Notes under the pieces: generated by a model
What the model was told of the DNA's origin: nothing
Databases searched by the model: none
The model's input: only the letters and a program-made list of their open reading frames with translations
NCBI GenBank assembly: GCA_965240325.2
Contig: OZ251225.1
Location: 3,162,001 to 3,226,000 of the forward strand
Direction of reading: 5' to 3'
Source of the DNA: Rebecca billardiae RCC1528
Taxonomy: Eukaryota > Protista > Haptophyta
DNA length: 64,000 bases
Shown: positions 21,454-32,151 of the stretch, one piece after another
How positions within the stretch are numbered: the stretch's first letter is position 1
Layout: every line of letters begins with the position of its first letter
Made by a program: the position numbers and the translations under genes

Positions 21454-22575
21454 CAAGGGGAGTCAGGGTACAGCACGTCCAGTTGGGCTGCAGCTGGAGC
21501 TTGGGTCCAAAAGCTTCCCGCGGCGCAGCGGCACTCGCCGCCGCCGCCGCCGTCGAGGGGCGGTTGTGGCGCGCACGGCGTGAGCCACTGCGGGCGCTGA
21601 GGTGCGCGCGACGGCGGCGCGCCCGGCGGCGCTGCTGTAGGAGGCCTCTGCCCTCCTCTCTGCCCCGCGCGCTTCGCTCGTCGTCGCCGTCTCCGCGCCT
21701 GCGACTCAGCGCGCACGCGAGCGCCGCACCGCCCGGCCGCCGGGGCAATCTCAGCCGTGACTGCGCATGTGCGTCGCGACCTGGTCGGCCCAGCGCGCGA
21801 GGCGCGTGTGGGCGAGGTAGGGCCAGTGTGGCCGCGCGCCATGCCGCCTCAAGTAAGCCCATCAGAGCGTACAACAGGGAACTGAGCACATGTGTCTGGT
21901 TGCCCGCTTGGACTGTGGTGAGTGTTCAAGCAATGCACGGGCCATCGTCGAGGCGATCTCGAGGCACTCAGTCAAAACGTCAGTTCAGCGCGCAGACGAC
22001 CTGGGCGAGAGTCGCTGACAATGCATGACTCGCATGATCACAAAAGGCTCTGCAACTATCGCGTCTGTACGCCTACTGCCTCGATCGTGCACACTGACGT
22101 CTGCGCTTGCGTGCCGCATTGGTTGTCAACGTTGTCGACAGAGGTGCAAGGCCGGCGACATGCCCACCGGCGCAAGGTCGAGGCGGCATGGCGCGCGGCC
22201 ACACTGGCCCTGCCTCGCCCGCACGCGCCTCGCGCGCTGGGCCGACCAGGTCGCGACGCACATGCGCAGTCACGGCTGAGATTGCCCCGGCTGCCGGGCG
22301 GTGCGGCGATCGCGTGCGCGCTGGTCGCAGGCGCGGAGACGGCGACGACGAGCGAAGCGCGCGGGGCAGAGAGGAGGGCAGTGGTCTCCTACAGCAGCGC
22401 CGCCGGGCGCGCCGCCGTCGCGCGCACCTCAGCGCCCGCAGCGGCTCACGCCGTGCGCGCCACAACCGCCCATCGACGGCGGCGGCGGCGGCGAGTGCCG
22501 CTGCGCGGCGGGAAGCTTTTGGACCCAAGCTCCAGCTGCAGCCCAACTGGACGTGCTGTACCCTGACTCCCCTTG
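21454..22575. mobile_element. Foldback element with ~400-bp TIRs and 7-bp TSD (P/Galileo-like)
   Basis: 21454-21850 is a near-identical reverse complement of 22180-22575. Termini are CAAGGGG...CCCCTTG, with GTTGTGG at 21447-21453 and 22576-22582. Confidence 0.88.
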
Positions 22576-22642
22576 GTTGTGGCGTTGTCCGAGGACTGCT
22601 CCGAGCAAGCACTGGCCCGTACGCACGCCCACTGAATGTGAA

Positions 22643-23407
22643 ATGTCGTTACGAACTCGGCAAACCCGGGACTGGTCTCGATTCCGTTTTGCAGCTCGTC
22701 CAGGTCTCCAGGAGGCCGCGAGCGAGATGATCGCCGCCTCTTACGAGCCGCGGCAACAGAAGGAGTTCAAGCACTTCATCGACGAGCTGGACCCCGGTCA
22801 CTCGGCCGAGGTGCGGTACGCGGCGCTCTTTCAGGTCGCGCACAGCATCACAAAAGCCACCGAGGCCGGTGGAACCGGCAAGCACGCCGCAACCTTTGAG
22901 GCATGCGAGCAGCTGCCAGTCGTGCAGCTGCTGGTCGGTGTGTACGAGGACTATGCAGGGGATGAGCAGATCCCTCCGTTCATCCTGTCTACGCTGGTGA
23001 ACATCTCATGTATGAACCCGCAGCTGATCATCGATGGCGGGGGCTTTGAGCTCCTGCTGCACCACATCCACTTGCCAAAGCGCGCCCCGGAAGAGACCGA
23101 TGAGCGTGCAGTCGACGAAAAGAACCAGTACTACGCCCTTGCTGGGGTGTACAATCTCAGCGAGGACAAGGGATGTGCACAAGAGATCGTTGGCCGCGGT
23201 CTCGACAAGACGCTCGAGCAGCTCGCAAAATCGCCCGACGAGGAGACCTCTCGACACGCCACCTTCACACTGAAGAATCTCCAGCACGTGCGGGGAGCAG
23301 CCTCCCCGCCAGCCACGCGCTCGCCTGTCGGCCAGACGCAGGAATACGTCGAGGACCAGATGAGGAAGATCGCTGCGATGTTTCCTAAGCTCGCCACGGC
23401 GACATGA
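22643..23407 (+). CDS. Armadillo/HEAT-like repeat protein
   Basis: Helical repeats (ILSTLVNIS..IIDGGGFELLL; YALAGVYNLS..IVGRGLDKTLEQL; ATFTLKNL). Start is at 22643 or 22727. Confidence 0.65.
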   Translation: MSLRTRQTRDWSRFRFAARPGLQEAASEMIAASYEPRQQKEFKHFIDELDPGHSAEVRYAALFQVAHSITKATEAGGTGKHAATFEACEQLPVVQLLVGVYEDYAGDEQIPPFILSTLVNISCMNPQLIIDGGGFELLLHHIHLPKRAPEETDERAVDEKNQYYALAGVYNLSEDKGCAQEIVGRGLDKTLEQLAKSPDEETSRHATFTLKNLQHVRGAASPPATRSPVGQTQEYVEDQMRKIAAMFPKLATAT

Positions 23408-24135
23408 TGCTATGCAGCTCATGTTTAATTTTGATTTGGGGCCGCGCAAACTGTTCGCAGGTGCCCGGGAGCGACAAACAAGTCGAGTCAGCCGCGCATG
23501 ACTAGTATCAATGATCAATCACGTGCGGCAGCGGCTCGGCGGCTTAGCCGGCCGTCACTCATCACTACTCGACACCAGTGAGCATCCGAAGCCAGTCTCC
23601 GAACTCGGCGCCCCGTCGGAGTATAAACTACTACCTACTAACAGACAGTTACTAGATTGACTGCTGAAGTACGAGTAGCTGCCACTTTATAATCCGTGAC
23701 CGTATAATCCGTGACCGTATAAAGCCCGGTAAGTCCGAGAGTCAAGTTAATCGGACCGACCGGCGGACGGCGACTGGACCTGAGCTAGTACAGGTCCGCG
23801 TCACGGAACCGCCGCGTGGCTAGCGCCTAGCCTACTCCGCCCTAGCTGACGGGCCGTCACGGCCCGCAGCGGACGGTCCGGCCAGGCGGCTAGCCGCTAG
23901 GCGGACGTACAGCAGAATTTGAACTACGCGACACTCTGGCTCTGTCTCGTCAGTACGAGTACTACATGAGTACAAGTGCTCGGTCTGTACTAGTTACTCG
24001 TCTGCTGTAGCTTTAGCTTATGCGACGTGACCGTGACCGAATGTCTGTATTGTAACACTGTCTGTCGCCTCAAACTGGCACTGGTTAATAAATTGCGGCA
24101 TTCATCCGCAAATTATTCAAAGACGGGTACAAAGG

Positions 24136-24139
<4 letters not shown>

Positions 24140-24192
<53 letters not shown>

Positions 24193-24214
24193 AGAGAGAG
24201 AGAGAGAGAGAGAG
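24140..24214. repeat. (GA)n microsatellite
   Basis: Directly visible, with one interruption. Confidence 0.95.
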
Positions 24215-24624
24215 AATTTTGAATCATCCGCAGTTTACATGCGCCCGGGGGCACGCGCCCGCCGGCAGCGCTAAATCAGCCCGGGCTGATTTTAGCGCTG
24301 CCGCGCGCCCGCGGGGGCGCTGCACACGACGACTACTTCGGCGAGACGACGGCTCACGACGCGTGGCACCGCAACCACCGCGGTGGCGTGCGCGCGGCGA
24401 TGCCAGACGGTGCGTCGGGCTTCCGCTCGGCGATGGAGTGATGGGCGACTACGAGGGGGGAAAGGGGGGGGGACGACGGCGAGGAGCGCTGATCCTGGTG
24501 TTTGTCCCTGCTGCCCCGGATCTGCTGCTACAGCTTGCTGACTCTGACGCCAGTGCCCGTTGCATGCCACGTTGTTAAATATATTGTGCGTATCATGCTC
24601 GCTCTCGCTCGCTCTCGCTCGCTC

Positions 24625-24630
<6 letters not shown>

Positions 24631-24681
<51 letters not shown>
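24631..24681. repeat. (CT)n microsatellite
   Basis: Directly visible. Confidence 0.95.
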
Positions 24682-24683
<2 letters not shown>

Positions 24684-25182
24684 GCTACAGTTTCGCTCGC
24701 TCTCTAGCTATAGTCTCTCTCTCTCTCACAGTTTCGCTCTCTCTCTCTCTAGTCTCTCTCTCTCTACCATCTAGTATCTGTATCGATCTACATTTAAAGT
24801 TTACTATTCGTTGCCATCATGTTAGATGTTTTAACGTGCACACTTGGTTATAAGCCAGTCAAGGCACAGTCTGGATGGCCGATATTCTCTGAATATCAAT
24901 ATATCCGGCCATGCACGCTGCTGAATACGGTGATAATAATAATGGCCCGCGGTGCAGGGCGGAGCGCGCAGCGTGGAGCCCGCTCCGTGGGCCCTAACCA
25001 CGTTTCAAAAAGATCTTTGATCAAGAAAAAAGGGACGGGCCACGGGGGACGATTTTCAGGGCTGGAGGAGACCGAGTTTCGAATTTTGAGACCGCACTAG
25101 AGGTATCCATCCGGCGACAAAGGTCGCGCCCACGACAAGTTCATATTGGAGTGACGCCCGTCCAAAAAACTTCACGCCCTTT

Positions 25183-28100
25183 TTAGGATCCATAACGTAA
25201 CGAACCGTTACAAGCGATTTTTTCCGGCCAATGAGATTGCGCGACGGCGGATGGCCGTGTGACGGCGACGCGGCCCGGGTCGCCGACCGGCCGGCGCGCC
25301 ACCACACGCCCACCGGCGGCGCCGCCCGCGCCGCCCGCGTCGGCGCCGCGTTCGTTCAGGCGACGCTTGCGCGCTGGCGCCGCCTGTACGTGCCGCGCCA
25401 GCGAGGGCGCGCGCCTGTGGAGCGCGGCGGCGTACATCTTCGGCGCGTCCACGCCGCTGCTTTTGCCGGTGACTGGGTCCGCCGGGTGCGTCCAGAGCCG
25501 ATCCTGGCAGAACGGGACGATGTCAGCCCACACGCTGATGCACAAGGGGCGAAAGTCCACAATCGCACCCACGGGCGGCGCGGCAGGTGGCGTCCCGGCA
25601 GGCGGCGGGCGCGCCAGGGCGGCTGCCTTCACGGGGTCGCGCATGTGCGGGACGAAGAACAGCGTGCCGAAGTTGCCGGCGTCGTCGCCGGCCGCCGCGC
25701 GGCTGTGCGTTGACAGCGCCTCCGTGGACTTCCACGAGCGCGTCTTCGAAGGCACGTAGGTGAACTCGAGCACCTCGTCCCGGTGGAGTGCCCGCGAGCT
25801 CGTGTCGGCGTTGAGCACGCGGTCGTAAGCACCGGCGTTATCCTCGGAGACGGCGAGGAGCTCGAAGGTGAGCCGCTTCTTCCGCTCGGGCGCGACGAGC
25901 CGTGCGCTGACGATGCGCACCTTGGTGAGGTAGTCCGCCGCCTCGAAGGACGCACCATCGCCCACGCTGACGTCGGCGAGGGCGTCGTATCGCAGGTGTG
26001 CCGCCTTGACGCGCAGCACGAGCGCCGAGGCGCACGCGATGGCCGCCGCGACGCACGTGTGCTTCGAGGCGAGCATCAGCTCTTGTTCATGGACGGGCAG
26101 CTCGCCGACGACGCCTGCGACGCGCACGCGCGTCCCACCGCCCGGCCGGGGGAGAGGCCTGTCAAACGAGCGCTGCGGGCGGCCGGCGACCATGATCTGG
26201 TTGAGCGTGTGCAGCAGGTCCGCCGACGCCGCCGTGCCCCCAATCACGTCGTAGTTCGACTGCACGTACGTGAGCGCCGCCTCCGCGATGGCCGCGGCGT
26301 TCGCCATGAGCCCGGGCGGGTCGCCATCGGGCGCCCAATGGCATGGCCCGATGCCGAGCGCGCTGCACACCGCGGAGGCGCCCATGAGCACGTCCGTGGA
26401 CGTCGGGACCACGTCCCCGCGCGGGCGGGGCGGCAACGCGTCCGTCTCGTCCGGGCTGGGCGGCGGGTCGTGGAGCGCGGGGGCGGCGTGCTGGACGGGG
26501 GGCGCAATGGCCCGCGGCGCTGACTGCAGCTCGCACGCAGCAACCTCACGCCGGCTGACGGCGTCGGCGAAGGCTGCAACCGTGAGGTCCGTGCACGTCG
26601 CAGCCGTCATCGCGCCCGCCGCACCACTGGGCGGCCGCGTGGCGAAGGTGAGGAGGCGCCAGCCCTTCTCGAAGCGGATGGCGTACGCGTGCGCGCCGAC
26701 GACGGGCTCCGACTCGTCGGTGTCGTCGGTGTCCACGGACCGGTAGTCCACCACGGCCACGGCGGCGTGCAGCAAAGGCGACGTCCCCTGCTCAGCGGGC
26801 GCCCGCAGCGGCGTGGGCACAAGCGCGCACCAGGAGGGCGCCTGTGCAACCACGGCGGGGAGGCCGAACACCGCCTGTCCCGAGCGCCGCATCGAGGGCA
26901 ACGCAAGCGCCCGGTGAACCCAGGGCGCGTCGCCGCCTGCGACGCCATCGTCGTCGGCCTCAGCGTCCGCTAAGGCGACTCGCACGTCCGCGTCGAGGAC
27001 GTAGGGCAACGGGCCGTGCACACCGAAGTGCTCGCCTGCTGCGCGCAGGGCGAGCTCAGAGACAGAGCCGCCGACGCTCGCGGCGGCGCCGGCGTAGAAC
27101 TCGCGCACCGCATCGTCCACCTCGCTGCGCGTGTACAAGGCGCCCGAGGCGCACAGCTGGCGCACAGCGTCGGCATCCGTGAGCACGCCGAAGTGCTTGT
27201 TGTTCGTGGCATCGCACACCACGTTCACCACGCGGACCGTGCCGCCGCCGCCGCCGAGATGCCGTGACGCGAACGCGCGGTTGAACCTGAGGATGGCCGG
27301 CACCAATCGGCCGTTGTTCGGTTGCGGCCCGTGCTTCGTCGTCCGCTCGTCCGCATCCGCCACCGCGCTTGGGCGCACCAGCACGTGCGCGTGCGCCTGC
27401 GCCTGCGCGGCGGGCGTGTCTCCGCCGAACCTCCGGCGTTTCCCGAAGATGCCGCTGAAGAAATGATCCACGTGCTGCAAGACATCGCTCATCGCGAACA
27501 GCTCGCGTGAGCCGCCGTCGCCGCTGCCGTAGACGCCGCCGCCGTCGTCCGCGTGGCCGCCACCGCCGGGTTGCGCGGCGGCGGGCGCCTGCTGTGGTGC
27601 ATGGGAGTGCGACCCCGCTGCGCCAGCCGCCGCTCCACCCATCGACGCCGTCGCCGCCCGTGCCACCTCGCCCGAGGCAGCACCACCGGAGTCATCTGAG
27701 TTGACGCCCGCGGGGCCGTCGGCGGCCGCAGCCGGCGCCGGCGGCGGCGCCGGCGCCGCCGCGGTGACGCCGGTGGCAGCCGCCCGCGCCTCGGCGGGTG
27801 CGCGTGGCGGCTCGGCGCGTTCGGCGCGCGTCGCGGGGCCGCCGGCGGCCGCAGGCGGCGGCGCCGGCGCCGCCGCGGTGACGCCGGTGGCACCCGCCAG
27901 CGTTTCGACGGGTGCGCGTGGCGGCTCGGCGCGTTCGTCGCTTGTCGCGGGGCCGCCGGCGGCCGAAGGCGGCGCCGCCGGCGCCGCCGTGACGCCGGCG
28001 ACCGCCGTCGGCGCCGGCGGCGGCGCCGGCGCCGGCGCCAGCGTTGCGACGGGTGCGCGTGGCGGCTCGGCGCGTTCGTCGCTTGTCGCGGGGCCGCCGG

Positions 28101-28479
28101 CGGCCGCAGGCGGCGCCGCCGGCGCCGCCGTGACGCCTGCGACCGCCGTCGGCGCCGACGGCGGCGCCGGCGCCAGCGTTGCGACGGGTGCGCGTGGCGG
28201 CTCGGCGCGTTCGTCGCTTGTCGCGGGGCCGCCGGCGGCCGCAGGCGGCGCCGCCGGCGCCGCCGTGACGCCTGCGACCGCCGTCGGCGCCGACGGCGGC
28301 GCCGGCGGCGCCGAGGTGACGCCGGGCAGCGCTTCGGCGGGTGGCGCAAGTGGCGGCTGGCGGCGCATGGCCCGCGTCCGCACGCCGCCGCGCCCGTTGT
28401 GGTGAGCCGCCCCCTGCGCGCCGCGCTGCCCCGCAGCCTCCTGCTGGATGCCCTGGGCGGCGTAGCTGCCGCCGCCCAC
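25183..28479 (-). CDS. Large hypothetical protein: Ala/Pro-rich repeat N-terminus plus ~700-aa non-repetitive region of unknown family (true start upstream or uncertain)
   Basis: Open frame of 1098 aa with protein-like composition from about 27490 down. The frame continues upstream into AEQG repeats. Confidence 0.5.
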   Translation of the reverse strand: MGGGSYAAQGIQQEAAGQRGAQGAAHHNGRGGVRTRAMRRQPPLAPPAEALPGVTSAPPAPPSAPTAVAGVTAAPAAPPAAAGGPATSDERAEPPRAPVATLAPAPPSAPTAVAGVTAAPAAPPAAAGGPATSDERAEPPRAPVATLAPAPAPPPAPTAVAGVTAAPAAPPSAAGGPATSDERAEPPRAPVETLAGATGVTAAAPAPPPAAAGGPATRAERAEPPRAPAEARAAATGVTAAAPAPPPAPAAAADGPAGVNSDDSGGAASGEVARAATASMGGAAAGAAGSHSHAPQQAPAAAQPGGGGHADDGGGVYGSGDGGSRELFAMSDVLQHVDHFFSGIFGKRRRFGGDTPAAQAQAHAHVLVRPSAVADADERTTKHGPQPNNGRLVPAILRFNRAFASRHLGGGGGTVRVVNVVCDATNNKHFGVLTDADAVRQLCASGALYTRSEVDDAVREFYAGAAASVGGSVSELALRAAGEHFGVHGPLPYVLDADVRVALADAEADDDGVAGGDAPWVHRALALPSMRRSGQAVFGLPAVVAQAPSWCALVPTPLRAPAEQGTSPLLHAAVAVVDYRSVDTDDTDESEPVVGAHAYAIRFEKGWRLLTFATRPPSGAAGAMTAATCTDLTVAAFADAVSRREVAACELQSAPRAIAPPVQHAAPALHDPPPSPDETDALPPRPRGDVVPTSTDVLMGASAVCSALGIGPCHWAPDGDPPGLMANAAAIAEAALTYVQSNYDVIGGTAASADLLHTLNQIMVAGRPQRSFDRPLPRPGGGTRVRVAGVVGELPVHEQELMLASKHTCVAAAIACASALVLRVKAAHLRYDALADVSVGDGASFEAADYLTKVRIVSARLVAPERKKRLTFELLAVSEDNAGAYDRVLNADTSSRALHRDEVLEFTYVPSKTRSWKSTEALSTHSRAAAGDDAGNFGTLFFVPHMRDPVKAAALARPPPAGTPPAAPPVGAIVDFRPLCISVWADIVPFCQDRLWTHPADPVTGKSSGVDAPKMYAAALHRRAPSLARHVQAAPARKRRLNERGADAGGAGGAAGGRVVARRPVGDPGRVAVTRPSAVAQSHWPEKIACNGSLRYGS
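27720..28310. repeat. Coding minisatellite with ~120-140-bp unit (about 4 copies)
   Basis: Repeated APTAVAGVTAAPAAPPAAAGGPATSDERAEPPRAPVATL. Confidence 0.9.
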
Positions 28480-28512
28480 GCGCGTGCTGCCGTGGCGGGC
28501 CGGCCGGCCGTC

Positions 28513-29032
28513 GGCGCCCTGCTCGGCGCCCTGCTCGGCGCCCGGCTGGGCGCCCTGCTCGGCGCCCTGCTCGGCGCCCGGCTCGGTGCCCTGCTCGGCG
28601 GCCTGCTTGCCCTGCCCGGCGCCCGGCTGGGCGCCCTGCTTGGCGCCCTGCTCGGCGCCCTGCTCGGCGCCCGGCTCGGCGCCCTGCTCGGCTTGCCCTG
28701 CCCGGCGCCCTGCCCGGCGCCCGGCTGGGCGCCCTGCTCGGCGCCCTGCTCGGCGCCCGGCTCGGCGCCCGGCTCGGCGCCCTGCTCGGCGGCCTGCTTG
28801 CCCTGCTCGGCGCCCGGCTCGGCGCCCGGCCCGGCGCCCGGCTGGGCGCCCTGCTTGCCCTGCTCGGCGCCCGGCTCGGCGCCCGGCCCGGCGCCCGGCT
28901 TGGCGCCCTGCTCGGCGCCCTGCTCGGCGCCCGGCTCGGCGCCCTGCAGCCTGCTCGGCGGCCTGCTTGCCCTGCCCGGCGCCCTGCCCGGCGCCCGGCT
29001 GGGCGCCCTGCTCGGCGCCCTGCTCGGCGCCC
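28513..29032. repeat. 12-bp-unit minisatellite (GCCCTGCTCGGC variants)
   Basis: Directly visible; encodes AEQG/AEPG/AQPG on the minus strand. Confidence 0.92.
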
Positions 29033-29850
29033 GTCCAAGGAGCGATGACGTATCTAGATAGAGATTGCCGCGAACCGATGTGACCATGTACGTCCCTTGA
29101 ATCAGTTGAATCAACTATTCAATCGCGCCGTGTCTGTATCAGGAGCCGACGAGGCAAGGGTCAGTATAGCCGATGGGCCAACCTCGGTGAATCTCAATAC
29201 TATCTGACACCGGAAGCGGGAGCCGGGGCGCGCGGGCCCGCGTTTTGTACGCCACGGCTGCGGCGATCGAGCGAGACCGCGAGAGGAGGCGAGCTGACGA
29301 GCGACCGACGGGTGAGGACGGCGATGGGCAGGTGCGCGCGGCGAGTTGCGCCTGGAGCGCGCGGCTGCGGCGGGTCCCGACTGCCGTCGACATCGCGTTC
29401 GTGCCCCCGCTCACTCCGCGCGCCCCCGCCGCCCCGTGTCGATGCCTGCGCGCGGCCGCGCGCCGGTCGGCGCCGGGGCGCCCCGGCCGCGCCGCGGCAG
29501 CCGCCCTGTATTCGGGCTCTCGCAAGCTCGGGGGCAGCGGCGCCTGATGCCGGACTGATCGATCTCTGAGTCTTCGACTTCACCACGCGCCGCCCTTGCC
29601 ATGCCTTTCCGGGGAGCGCCGACGATCCGAGTCCATCGTCGACGGTCGACTCTGAGCGAGGGCTACGCCTCGGAACTGAACGGTACTCTACGAGGAGGAC
29701 GAGCTGCGCGGGCGACGGTGGTGCGTGAAGTCCCCAGAGCTGGCTGTGCCTCTGCAACGCGTGCCGAGCCTGATCGAGGTGTGTCAGCCCGTGCACGCGC
29801 GGCGTGCGCGAACGATCCGTGACTGGTGCCCAGTCGCACCTCCGACCTCG

Positions 29851-30158
29851 GCACCGTGCTCCCTCGGGCTGTCAGCTCCGCGTGGCCTGGCGTGCACGTA
29901 GAGTTGCGCTCATGCGTGGATCACGCCTCGCGCCCGCCTGTCGGCCGTCGCGCAGGCGCTGGTCGAACCCTACTCGGACCAGTGCAAATCATCTAACTAT
30001 CCTGGCGCTGCCGGTGCGCGGTGACCCGCGGCGGGACAGCGGTCAGTCAGCAGCAGCGGCCCGAACGAATCCGCGGCCCCGCACCGTGCTCCCTGGCTGT
30101 CAGCTTCGCGTGGCCTGGCGTGCACGTGGAGTCGCGCTCATGCGTCGATCACGCCTCG
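29851..30158. repeat. Pair of diverged ~80-bp direct repeats (29851-29930, 30081-30158)
   Basis: GCACCGTGCTCCCT..GCTGTCAGCT.CGCGTGGCCTGGCGTGCACGT..GATCACGCCTCG occurs twice. Confidence 0.85.
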
Positions 30159-31148
30159 TCGCATCCGCCTGTACACAATCGGCGCCGCGCCGGCGGCTGC
30201 GAAGTGCGCCGATGGGCCCGCGCCCCGGGCGCGGCGGGCGGCGGCGCGCCGCTGGAGTCTAGTTGTACGGGCATGCAACTCCGGGTCTGTCAATAGACGA
30301 CTGCGATGGAGGGTGCACCGCCACCGCGGGCCCTGAACTACGTTCGTTCTACGGAAAAGGACCGCGGAACGCGGTCATATAACTGGCGGAATTTATGGAT
30401 TAATAAGCACCAGTAGTGGATAGATATAGTCGTTATAAGTCTCCACGCACCCGCCTGGTTCGTGAGGCTGACTTCGGAGCACCGGCCCGCGCACTCAGAC
30501 TCAGTGGTGGCCGAGTCGGGCCGGGACTCACCGGACAGTCAGTGTCACTAGGCGTAGTGACTACTGACTAGCTAGCCGCTGCCGTTGGCCGATTCAGTCC
30601 TGACTCCTGTGCGTCGGAGTCCGCGCTGCGCGGCATCCGCCGTGATCAATGTTACCGGACTCGGGCAGTCCTGAGTCCGTGTCGACGCGCCGTGCATGAT
30701 GTAATTGTAAATACGTATTTTAACTGTCCGGCGCAACGACTGGCCGGCGGCCACCGGAGGCCGACTGCCACTCGGCACTCCGCACTGGCCGGACCGTCGG
30801 TCCGTGTACTGTGAGTCTGTACCGCTCCGGTCCGGACTCGTGTCTCGTGACGAGTTACGTGGCCCGTGTCATGCCGACTCACAGCCACAGGCTTTCTGCG
30901 CACGCAGACTTGGCAGGTCTCACCTCAGAATCCTGATGCGGGTGCAGTGTGACAGGCTTCGAGATCATCAGTATTCAGTGGACAGCTCCGTAACCTGTTC
31001 CGAGTGCTCGGTGCCGAATCCGCATCGTCCGTGTCGCGCGCGGCCGAAGGAATGGTACGCGTCGGTATGGCCCGTGATCTGCAGCGGCGGGCCGGGCCGC
31101 GGGCCGGGCCCAGAGCGTGTGTTGGCCGTTTTCCCTATTCTCGGCTCC

Positions 31149-32151
31149 TTAGCACGCGAGCGTCGCCGTCGTCGCCATGTGCTCGTCAGCGCGCAGGCGC
31201 CGGCGCAGCGCGGAGCCTGCGGACATCGCCAAGACGACCGTGCCCACGAGCGCCACCACCAACACCAGCGCGAGCATGCTCGCACTCGCCGCGTCGAGTT
31301 CGAGCGCCTCGTCCTGGGCGAGATGGCGAGACATGAAGCCGCATTGGCCGAGCACCTTGCAGCGCAAATTTGCAGCGATCTGCGCGAGTCGGGCAGCGGT
31401 CGGCAGCGGGTGGACGTGAGAAGAGGGGACGAGGTCCACGCGAGGGAGGGGGGGGGAGGGGGGGTCGGTGAGCTGTTGGGCAGCAGCAGAGTCCGGCCGC
31501 CACATAAGGCCGCTGGCGCGTGGATGGAGCTGGATGACCCAGACTCACCGTGAAGAAGCACGCGGCCCGGCACGCAGCTGACGGGGGAGGGGACGGAGCG
31601 GGCGGTGGGGTTGGAGGCGGGGGGGGCGGGGAAGAGGGCGGGGTTGAGGGCGAGGTTGAGGGCGAGGGCGAAGGGGGCGGGGCGGTGCAGTCGAGCACGT
31701 TAAAGCCAGAGCAGCCTGCTGTGTCGCATGTCCAGCCGGATTGGCCGCAGCTGAACTCGGCAAGAACTGAGCTTGGGCCCACCGTGGTGATCTGGCTGGG
31801 CGCAGTGCACGTGATGGTCGTAGAAGGAACAGGTGCGAGCTGACGGCCATGGACGCCGACTGAGGAGGTATGCGCCTCCTCCGCGTCCCCAAGCATACGT
31901 GCGCGGCGTCGGACGCACGTCGGTGTAAAGAAAAAGCTGCAAGCTTCCTGCAGATCTGATGAACTCCCAGCGTCGCACTTCATCCAGCAACCATTAGGAA
32001 CGCCCCCCGTCGTCAGTTCAAAGTAGATCGTCGGCGCAGAGGTGGCCGCCAGCACGCCGAAAATCAGCTCCTCTGCATCACACCCGGCCGCGCTGACGAA
32101 GGTCGACTGCTGTGACAGCAGCAGCAGCGCTGTGGCGAGCCACGAGCGCAT
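31149..32151 (-). CDS. Type-I membrane/surface protein: signal peptide, Cys-rich domain, Pro/Ser stalk, TM helix; intron 31380-31548
   Basis: MRSWLATALLLLSQQSTFVSA signal; PPPSPSPSTSP stalk; the GTGAGT...GCAG intron joins CFFT|IAANLRC to the TM segment MLALVLVVALVGTVVLAM. Confidence 0.75.

Noticed and set aside
22301-22642. N-terminal extension of the ARM protein in the ORF track
   Set aside because: Most of it is read-through of the foldback TIR from a non-ATG start.
28513-29032. Regular short repeats resembling a CRISPR array
   Set aside because: They are tandem 12-bp units without unique spacers, there are no cas genes, and the context is eukaryotic.
24944-30332. Possible TIRs (GGCCCGCGGTG) around the large orphan ORF
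   Set aside because: The match is only 11 bp of almost pure GC with no TSD, so it is likely chance.
31420-31470. Apparent frameshift at a G-homopolymer in the Pro-rich surface protein
   Set aside because: It lies within a canonical GTGAGT...CAG intron (31380-31548) whose removal restores the frame.
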